This document shows positions 1 through 6,796 of a DNA stretch of 16,647 bases, one piece after another (positions within the stretch are counted from its first letter, which is position 1; every line of letters begins with the position of its first letter). Below the pieces are notes generated by a model. It saw only the letters and a list, made by a program, of their open reading frames with translations. It searched no databases and was not told the origin of the DNA. Position numbers and translations under genes: made by a program. Source of the stretch: Synechococcus sp. (GTDB taxonomy: Bacteria; Cyanobacteriota; Cyanobacteriia; Thermostichales; PCC-7336). The stretch spans positions 1 to 16,647 of the forward strand of contig JBFRWN010000090.1 of NCBI GenBank assembly GCA_051439605.1, given 5' to 3'.

Positions 1-1024
1 CGACGATAGAGTCATTACCATCACCGAAGGTCATCAGACCCGAGTTTTCAACCCCTTCAGCGAACACTTCTAGATCTTCGTCACCGCCCTCAACCCCTTG
101 GACACCACCAGTGACATCGATCTCAGCAGTAACTTCCATAGTGTCGTTACCCGCGCCGGTATCCAAAGTACTGGTGTCGAGCTGGTCAATAATCTGCTTG
201 ACGTCTTCTGCAGTGAAATTGTCAAGAGTCTTGCCGATGGAGGCTAGTAGTTGCTCGAGTTGCGCGATCGTACCGCCATCGTTGACGATGCCATTTGCAC
301 TGGCAAAGAAAACTTCGTCACCTTCTTGAGCGTCAAGGATAACGTTTGCACTCCCTTGCAGGGTGTCATGGCCATCACCGGTCAGTAGCTGACCAACTTC
401 GGCTGCGCCACTCGCAGTTGGGGCAAATCCTCCGTTGTTACCAGCAATTGTGTCGTCGTCAATGTCTGAAAGACCAACGGAAACACCGCGAGCTTCGGTG
501 CTGGCGATACCGCTGGCAATCGCAGTCCCTTTCACCCAATCGTTACCCTGATCGGTATTCGTATCAGAAGTCAGAATACCGAAAGCACCCACGTCCTCTT
601 CGTCTATGGACGTTGCTTTACCTTTAAGGATGTCATTGCCAGCCCCCCCCCGAATAACACCACCGCTGGTACTGTTAATCCCTGTGGCAAAAGTCACCCG
701 ACCGTCACCGGTTGAAGTTGCCCGACCTGTGCCCAGGATTCGGTCAGTTTTACTCCCCAGTTCAATCCTTCCTGTATTGCGAATTCCGTCTGCAAACGCT
801 TCTTCGCCAGCTCGAGCAGTAGCATCACCCTTAATAGTGTCTCTGCCGCCATCAAGATCGAGGGAAAAGGCATTTGGTGCATCCCCTAATTCGGCGTTCT
901 CAACTCCGATCGCCTGGGCTCTGCTGGGGTCGGTCGCTTTTGCACTGCCCTTGATTCGATTGTCAATCCCTTGCTCATCAATAATGTCTGCAAGAACTTC
1001 AAAACCAATGTCTAGGTTCGCCAT
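1..1024 (-). CDS. RTX/hemolysin-type Ca-binding repeat protein, probably secreted or surface-associated; 5' part only (>=341 aa, continues beyond the window start)
   Basis: Manual translation from ATG at 1024 is open to base 1 (MANLDIGFEVLADIIDEQGIDNRIKGSAKA...FGDGNDSIV). AGGAGG RBS at 1033-1038, 8 nt upstream. Gly/Asp-rich and acidic, with dispersed GxGND-type motifs (GGAGNDIL, DQGNDWV, TGDGHDTL, TGAGNDTM, FGDGNDSI). No N-terminal signal peptide. Absent from the ORF track because the stop lies outside the window. Confidence 0.85.
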   Translation of the reverse strand, partial: MANLDIGFEVLADIIDEQGIDNRIKGSAKATDPSRAQAIGVENAELGDAPNAFSLDLDGGRDTIKGDATARAGEEAFADGIRNTGRIELGSKTDRILGTGRATSTGDGRVTFATGINSTSGGVIRGGAGNDILKGKATSIDEEDVGAFGILTSDTNTDQGNDWVKGTAIASGIASTEARGVSVGLSDIDDDTIAGNNGGFAPTASGAAEVGQLLTGDGHDTLQGSANVILDAQEGDEVFFASANGIVNDGGTIAQLEQLLASIGKTLDNFTAEDVKQIIDQLDTSTLDTGAGNDTMEVTAEIDVTGGVQGVEGGDEDLEVFAEGVENSGLMTFGDGNDSIV

Positions 1025-1187
1025 TACATTAGCCTCCTCACTAAGTTGAACGCAGCAATGAAGTTATGAAGAACGGAATATTCGTTACTTTATAGTTTCA
1101 AAAAAGCGTTTTTTTGCATAAAAAAATCAGAGCTATCACTCATAAAAAGCTCGATATTTTCAATAATAGATTTAATATGAATGACTA

Positions 1188-1317
1188 GGGCTGTTTCATT
1201 CTAATTTGTGCCATTTTATGAATGGATAAGAACACATAGCTTTAGCCTTTATTCAGGCTATCTGGAGATGCCTGGAAGCCACGAAACTCGTTGCTCATAT
1301 CTAGAATGAAAAGACCC
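1188..1317. mobile_element. Candidate MITE / short dispersed repeat (130 bp, non-coding, imperfect terminal inverted repeats)
   Basis: Left end GGGCTGTTTCATTCTA (1188-1203) and right end TAGAATGAAAAGACCC (1302-1317) match as inverted repeats at 13/16. Internal hairpin CAGGC-T-ATCT-GG-AGAT-GCCTG. No target-site duplication seen. Confidence 0.45.
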
Positions 1318-1364
1318 GGCATGATTGACGGTATATATATCGCAAGTATCAGAACAACACTTAC

Positions 1365-1378
1365 GTATCAGGAAATAC
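1365..1378. promoter_or_regulatory. NtcA-like box GTA-N8-TAC
   Basis: GTAtcaggaaaTAC is an exact consensus match, but no TA-N3-T -10 element lies 22 nt away on either strand. Confidence 0.25.
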
Positions 1379-1442
1379 TCGGTGTATTTTCAAAAACATG
1401 CTACTCGTTAAACCGAAAGGCCATCACTCAAAACATCCATAT

Positions 1443-1460
1443 TTCACAAAACTTCACATT
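1443..1460 (+). promoter_or_regulatory. Tandem direct repeat resembling an HLR1 (RpaB) / OmpR-family site
   Basis: TTCACAAA-ac-TTCACATT has a 10-bp period, and each half is one mismatch from (G/T)TTACA(T/A)(T/A). Confidence 0.3.
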
Positions 1461-1464
1461 ATCT

Positions 1465-1478
1465 GTATCTTATGTTAC
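1465..1478. promoter_or_regulatory. NtcA-like box GTA-N8-TAC
   Basis: tGTAtcttatgtTAC is an exact core match with the preferred 5' T. No class II -10 element at 22 nt. Confidence 0.3.
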
Positions 1479-1804
1479 GTGCAAAATTAGAACTTCTGGA
1501 GGGGAAACCCACACTATCAACAAGGGGCAGAATTTCCTCTTCAAGGAATCAGCGATAGGTGGTTGAAACGTTTTTTTTATATCCAGAATTCATGTGGCCG
1601 TTGCACTAGAAATTACAGATTGGAATGCTCCATTTCTGGCATGCATTTCCTCAATTGAAACCTGATACTCACCACCTTTGAAGCTGAGCTCAATGGTGTA
1701 TCGATAATGAAATCTCATCCACTGATGGATTGGGCCAGCGACTGTGCCAGTTCTGCCGTAATCTCTGAAGACTTTTCATCTCATAAGCCAAGGGGGAAGC
1801 AAGT

Positions 1805-3124
1805 TCATTCCCCCCATAGCTGCTGCCACCAGGGCTCCGGATCCACCTCGCCAGCATCGGGCAGGCGATCGCGAATCTCGTCAATATCCCAACCCGTCAG
1901 CCGAGCCAAAGTCTGAGCTTCTTTCTCAAATCGTTCCGGCAGCGACCGACGATAGTCCTGCCCCGCCGAGCAATTTGCCGCTCCCTCAAACGGATGCCGC
2001 AACACGTAGCGCCCTTGAAAGGTTTGTCGGTTAGAGGTTTCTTGGAACATCAAATCTTCGGGGAAGCGATCGCGAGTGTAGCGCACGTGCAATCGGGTAA
2101 CGAAGGCATTGGGAGATTCGTTGGGGGCAATCCAGAAGGCACCCGCTTGGCGCAATTCCTCGGTAGAGGGGGGTGTGGCGGAACAGGGATCGCAGCTGCG
2201 AATGTCCCAGGCATATTCCAGAAATGCCACCTTCTTGCCCTCCCGTTCGTAGGCGGTTTCAAACGTGTCGGGATAGAAGCGATCGAATTCCTGCTTCACG
2301 AACGTGGGAATCTCGTCACCAGTGGGAATTTTGACGGTGCGATAGTTGGTCAGTTCCACCTGCCCTTTAGGGGATAAAGCGTAAACGATGAGATCTTGTT
2401 CAGCGGTGGCGTTAGCCATCCCCAAGCGAATTGGCAGCATGAATTTGGGGGATTCGTAAGCAATTTGTAGGGGACGCAAGAATTGATAGCCTGACTTATC
2501 GAATGCTTCCAGGTTGACTTTGGCCACGAAGAATTTCATGTCCTGACGAATGTAGGGACGCAGCAAAGGGGCAGCACCTTCAGGGATGCGGTAGCCATTC
2601 TGGGTTAGCCAAGTTTCCAGTCCCTTAGATTCAGTGGCACTGAGGATGACAATGTCGTACTCTCCGACCGAGAATTCTGCTTCGACGGTCACCCCTAAAG
2701 CATCGTTGTCCTGACGAGCCGCTTCTTGTTCGAGGGCCGCCGAGGGGAGCGGCAGATCGCCAACTCGGAATCGTTCCATAGGTGCGCACGGATCGGGGTC
2801 AAAATATTCCACCAGTCGGGGGGCGGTGAAGGCATCGAGTCGCTCCAAGATAGTCGGTTCGCCGACATGGACTTGACCCTCTTCGAGAAGCACTGGGACG
2901 GGCACTACGATCGCAAAATCGCTCACTTCACCTTGATAGTCGTTGGCCATGGTCATGACGGTGCGATCGCCATCGCGAGCTAGAATTACCTGCGAAGCCT
3001 GATTGAATAGCTCGGTATCCGCCTTGGCCACATAAAATCCGCAGAAGGCGCGCGCAGCAGAGCTAAAGGTGATTGCGGCCACGATAGCCAGTAGGACGGC
3101 AGTTAGCGATCGCGCGAATCTCAT
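1805..3124 (-). CDS. DUF2330 domain-containing exported protein (439 aa)
   Basis: Sec-type signal peptide (MRFARSLTAVLLAIVAAITFSSAARA) followed by the family-typical FCGFYVAKAD...FNQASQVILARDGDRT and FAIVVPVP, APRLVEYFD, EYAWD..SCDPC, TRLHVRY, FQGRY segments. GAGG RBS upstream. Confidence 0.88.
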   Translation of the reverse strand: MRFARSLTAVLLAIVAAITFSSAARAFCGFYVAKADTELFNQASQVILARDGDRTVMTMANDYQGEVSDFAIVVPVPVLLEEGQVHVGEPTILERLDAFTAPRLVEYFDPDPCAPMERFRVGDLPLPSAALEQEAARQDNDALGVTVEAEFSVGEYDIVILSATESKGLETWLTQNGYRIPEGAAPLLRPYIRQDMKFFVAKVNLEAFDKSGYQFLRPLQIAYESPKFMLPIRLGMANATAEQDLIVYALSPKGQVELTNYRTVKIPTGDEIPTFVKQEFDRFYPDTFETAYEREGKKVAFLEYAWDIRSCDPCSATPPSTEELRQAGAFWIAPNESPNAFVTRLHVRYTRDRFPEDLMFQETSNRQTFQGRYVLRHPFEGAANCSAGQDYRRSLPERFEKEAQTLARLTGWDIDEIRDRLPDAGEVDPEPWWQQLWGE

Positions 3125-3365
3125 CAGGTTGTCCTCTCAGCAAAGTCGTTTGTGGGGAATTGTCAGTTCATCTTCGTGGCCAGTATGACGCGCTGGAAGT
3201 CTCCACAGAAGCTGGTTTCACTTACCGTAACGAGGAGGCGATTTGAAGCTTGCATAGCCCACTGCCGGTCAACTTATAGAGAGAGATCGCCAAGTTTTCA
3301 GTCTAAATCCAGCATTCGCAGACAGACTTCTTGCTCGAGTTCAAAGGTAGCTGCCGTCTTCCAGA

Positions 3366-3398
3366 ATGCCTGTGAGAGCGAGCCTTATCAGCAGGCAT
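3366..3398 (-). terminator. Stem-loop just downstream of the Clp1-RNase Z gene (possible terminator or processing site)
   Basis: Inverted repeat ATGCCTG...CAGGCAT, extended by TGA/TCA, 16 nt after the stop at 3415. No clear U-tract. Confidence 0.3.
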
Positions 3399-3414
3399 CC
3401 AGACCCGTCGTACT

Positions 3415-5358
3415 TCATTCAACTTTGGGACTATTTGTCATCTGTTCAAGGGCAACCCCCCCACAGGCAGCTCGAATCTCCCCATAGACGAGCTCCGGTT
3501 TTTGCTGATAGCGCTTTGAGAAATGAAACGGCACCAGTCGTTCCACGTTTGCTGCAGCAGCTATTTCTCCACAGGCAAGCGTGGTGAGATGTTGAGTGCG
3601 GGCCGCTTGAACCCGGTCTGCTTCCACAAAAGAAGCTTCTAGAAACAATAGTTGAGCATCTCGGGCGTGAGCGATCGCTTTCTGGCGATTTGACAGCGTA
3701 TCGGCCAAGTCAGTGGCGTAAACCAACTTGAGTCCGGGTTCGAACCGGCGAACCAAGACTTTGCTCAACGTTTCTACCAGTTCGCAGCGACCGTCAGGCA
3801 GTTCTATAGAAGCATCCCCTTCTCCCTTTTGAAGGTGAACCCGCAGCTCCTCCAACCAAGGTCCGGTTTCCAGCCCTAACCAGGGAAGGCGATCTTCGCG
3901 GATATCGTATCGATCGTCTATCTCTAGAGCAAAAGACAGGACAGGAATGCCATGGTCCAGCGCGATCGCCCGAACTCGCAGACCTGACTCCTGCAGCACA
4001 AGCCCCTCGGAGATAGTTCGTTCTCCTAATCTATGGGGTGGGCATCCCGCTTTGATGGTTGTAAGGGCGAGATATCCATCGCAGACATCTGCCACCTCAA
4101 ACTCGGGTCCTTCATTCCCGATCCGGTCCCACTCGATTCCAGAGACTAAGTGGGCAATGCGATTGCCGATGCCGGGGGGGCCGTAGAGCCTGCAAGCAGG
4201 AAACCTGCCGCTCATGCGGGCGCGCAACAACCACAGGAAACCGGCGATGTGGTCGAAATGGGCGTGACTGATAAACACATCGGTGACGGCATGCAAAGCG
4301 CGGCGAGTCAGGAGTCGCGTCTCTCCTAAATCGAACAGAAAAGAACGACCGGTTTTATTCAATTGCACCTGCAGCAGGGGATCTCCAAAGATGCCGTTCA
4401 CTAGCGTGGCGGAGAGAGGACCGGCCTGCACGCTGAATGAGCGCCAAGGCTTGACGGTAGAGCCAAGAATGATTTGCGGTCCGGACGCGTCCCGCTTTGG
4501 CGGCTTGGCAGTTACGAGCATCCCATCGGAGCGACGAACGGCATCGCGCACCAGCAAGGCATTTGCTTCTGAGGCTTCTCCACAGATCCTGACTCGAAGG
4601 ATGGATTCCTCTAAAGCGATTGCCTCGCCAAAAGCAACCCACTGGCTGTCGCGCAACAGCGCCACCTGACGGCCCTGCCATGCTGCGGATAATGCTTTAG
4701 AGGGTGGTGTTCCCAGCAGGTGGGCTTGCTCGAGCGAAATATCGCGGATTGTAGACTGCGCCAGGTACTCATCCCACAGTTGCGTCCGCGCGCGTGCCCG
4801 TGTTTTCTTATTGGGCCGGCGAGCATTTGGTGCTGCGATCGCCCAAAAGACCTGAGTAGGAACTGCACCCAGTTCCCCTACTAGCGGAGTGGCAGAGGAC
4901 TGACGCGCCAGCATTAAAACGGCATCCGCTGCAATGCTGTTCGTTAGAGCTAATAAGAGTTCGGAGCCCGCTACTCCTTTGACAACGCCGGGGGCATCGA
5001 CGAGCAACACCCCCTCCGATACACAGCTGGCCAATCGAGCGACGGCTCGAACAATGGGCAGTCGGAAACGAACCGCGTCTAAACTGCATACAGGCTCAAG
5101 CTCAAGCAACTGCCAGGCATCGTGACGCCACTCCCCCAAACCGATCGCCCCCGGCACACCAAATGCTGGAGAGCCAGGATCGGCACCAATGCAGAAAACT
5201 GCCCTGCCGCTGTCTGCAACAACCCGGGCCAATTTGGCAACCAGTGTCGATTTTCCTGTCCCCATGTCCCCATACAGCAGAATCCGCTCGTATTTGCTAA
5301 GAAAGCGCTCTGCGATTGTTACAGCGTTTAGGGGGAGTTCGATGAAGCAATCGTTCAT
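3415..5358 (-). CDS. Fusion protein: N-terminal Clp1/Nol9-like P-loop polynucleotide 5'-kinase plus C-terminal RNase Z-like metallo-beta-lactamase (647 aa)
   Basis: N-half: Walker A GDMGTGKST (aa 30-38), Clp1-type DPGSPAFGVPG (canonical DxGQ...PG), LLVDAPG, and lid RARAR (RxxxR). C-half: NGIFGDP, LFDLG, SHAHFDH (HxHxDH), LYGP, LDHG, exosite-like GLETGPWL, YATD, EASF, HLT and PFHFSKRY. Confidence 0.85.
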   Translation of the reverse strand: MNDCFIELPLNAVTIAERFLSKYERILLYGDMGTGKSTLVAKLARVVADSGRAVFCIGADPGSPAFGVPGAIGLGEWRHDAWQLLELEPVCSLDAVRFRLPIVRAVARLASCVSEGVLLVDAPGVVKGVAGSELLLALTNSIAADAVLMLARQSSATPLVGELGAVPTQVFWAIAAPNARRPNKKTRARARTQLWDEYLAQSTIRDISLEQAHLLGTPPSKALSAAWQGRQVALLRDSQWVAFGEAIALEESILRVRICGEASEANALLVRDAVRRSDGMLVTAKPPKRDASGPQIILGSTVKPWRSFSVQAGPLSATLVNGIFGDPLLQVQLNKTGRSFLFDLGETRLLTRRALHAVTDVFISHAHFDHIAGFLWLLRARMSGRFPACRLYGPPGIGNRIAHLVSGIEWDRIGNEGPEFEVADVCDGYLALTTIKAGCPPHRLGERTISEGLVLQESGLRVRAIALDHGIPVLSFALEIDDRYDIREDRLPWLGLETGPWLEELRVHLQKGEGDASIELPDGRCELVETLSKVLVRRFEPGLKLVYATDLADTLSNRQKAIAHARDAQLLFLEASFVEADRVQAARTQHLTTLACGEIAAAANVERLVPFHFSKRYQQKPELVYGEIRAACGGVALEQMTNSPKVE

Positions 5359-5466
5359 AACTGCAGGTCATTCTGTGCCGATGGTATCGAAAAGCAATCT
5401 GCTGCGATCGTCAACGATTGCGGGGAAGTCACGAGGCCTCACGAAGTGAAGTTCGTCCCATATGCC

Positions 5467-5988
5467 CTACTCAGGTTGTTCGGTGTTGAGCAACAGTACT
5501 GTGCAGGGGGCATGATGCACAACGTAATTGCTTACGCTCCCTAATACCATTTCCGCGATGCCCCTCAGACCGCGACGGCCCACAACGATAAGATCCGCAT
5601 CCCACTCTCGGGCAACGTCGCAGATAGTCCGTCCGGGGGTGCCAAATTTGTGGTTGGTTTCAATCTGGATTGTTGCGTCTGGGATTTGCTCCGAATCGGG
5701 GTAAAGCGCTGCTTCGGCTTGCTTGGCATAGGTTTGAATTAGCTCTAAACCGAGCTTGTTCCGAATTTGCAAGTTCTCAATGTAAGCGCCTATCGATGTC
5801 ATGTGGAGGGGCAGATCCACTTCTCCCACCGTTTCTCTGGGGGGAACCGGGTAGGGGTCGAAAATGGGTGCGGTGACGTGAAGCAACATCAAATTTGTGC
5901 CGAGCACTTTCGACAGAGAGATTGCTCGCTCTAAAACTTGCTCGCCAATGACAGAATCATCCAGAGCCACCAGGATTTTGTTAAACAT
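5467..5988 (-). CDS. Universal stress protein (UspA family, 173 aa)
   Basis: MFNKILVALDDS N-terminus, LMLLHV, and the C-terminal ATP-binding-type motif ADLIVVGRRGLRGIAEMVLGSVSNYVVHHAPCTVLL. GGAG RBS upstream. Confidence 0.95.
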   Translation of the reverse strand: MFNKILVALDDSVIGEQVLERAISLSKVLGTNLMLLHVTAPIFDPYPVPPRETVGEVDLPLHMTSIGAYIENLQIRNKLGLELIQTYAKQAEAALYPDSEQIPDATIQIETNHKFGTPGRTICDVAREWDADLIVVGRRGLRGIAEMVLGSVSNYVVHHAPCTVLLLNTEQPE

Positions 5989-6300
5989 GCGTTGCGTTCT
6001 CCGACCGTCTCCATGCTCTGCTTCGGGTAACTTATGCCGACGGGTTAGCCTCGGAGGGCTTGGGGACGATCGCGAAACTAATGCGAGAGTGTTGGGGAAA
6101 GAGGAAAGCGATCACCAAACTTGAACGAAGCCCAATCCTTTCTCCAGGAACCCAGCCGCTCGGTATAAACCCATGAACCTAACTTAACTAGGGTTGGAAC
6201 CGATTGTGCCAAGTCAAAAGAATCTCTAACAGTCCCCCTACGCTCGAGGGGCTATGCAATATTACCTACTAAAAACAACAGTTAGATTGGCGGCAGAAGA

Positions 6301-6342
6301 GTATTAAAAAATATTGCACGATCTTGCGAGTCTTGCTAACGT
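6301..6342 (+). promoter_or_regulatory. Sigma70-type promoter, possibly NtcA-linked
   Basis: -35 TTGCAC (6314-6319), 17-nt spacer, extended -10 TGc-TAACGT (6337-6342). The overlapping GTA-N8-TAT (6301-6314, one mismatch to the NtcA box) lies exactly 22 nt before the -10. Confidence 0.5.
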
Positions 6343-6399
6343 TGTAAGCGTGATTGATTAAAAGCCAATCCTTACTTAATATTAAGGAGGAAGCCGTTC

Positions 6400-6456
6400 A
6401 TGTTCCACCCAAACTCTAGATTGACTGACTGCGCCACCGATTCCGGGGCAGCCTAA
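6400..6456 (+). CDS. Putative small ORF / leader peptide MFHPNSRLTDCATDSGAA (18 aa)
   Basis: Perfect TAAGGAGG at 6383-6390, 9-nt spacer, ATG 6400, TAA 6454-6456. It lies just downstream of the predicted promoter. No homology recognised. Confidence 0.35.
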   Translation: MFHPNSRLTDCATDSGAA

Positions 6457-6796
6457 TACAGCGTTTTTTGTCCGCTGCACGCTGACTCGATCTGTCAGTC
6501 CCATTATTCAAGTTTTTACTGTCAAATTCGTCTGTTTCTTCTTCTGCCGATATTCCTGACTAATACAGGAATACGAGTGGATAGAAGCTGTATGGTTAAG
6601 CTTCGAACTTTCCCATAAAGCTCCTGCTGGCGAGCTCAGTCCAGGAACAGCCATTCTGCTTGATTTTGGTATTGCTAAACATCGGTTTAGCTCAAGGCAT
6701 TTTTGTTTTTTGAATAGAGCGCAACTGCTAATTGACTGGGCAAGATTTTTTGTTGTTGCCCGAAGGCTTTGCGTGCTCTGTATGGAGATTTTCGTG

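Noticed and set aside
111..1049. + strand ORFs 111-329, 346-627 and 606-1049, and - strand ORF 694-882
   Set aside because: These are antisense or off-frame shadows of the real - strand RTX-like gene, which has an RBS and recognisable motifs.
1..1864. Absence of HIP1 sites as evidence of horizontal acquisition
   Set aside because: Equally long HIP1-free gaps occur at 4843-6853 and 7174-9442, which include native genes such as sigF, so the gap is not informative.
1291..1916. ORFs 1291-1566, 1690-1884 and 1707-1916
   Set aside because: They have weak starts, no RBS and no recognisable motifs. The latter two overlap the DUF2330 gene end.
3167..3587. 30-codon - strand ORF MQASNRLLVTVSETSFCGDFQRVILATKMN and + strand ORFs 3152-3487 and 3366-3587
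   Set aside because: No RBS or motif support; consistent with chance ORFs.
6710..6796. N-terminal extension of the SDR from TTG 6710
   Set aside because: The Rossmann fold starts right after ATG 6797, which has a GGAG RBS. The extension overlaps a hairpin and does not look protein-like.
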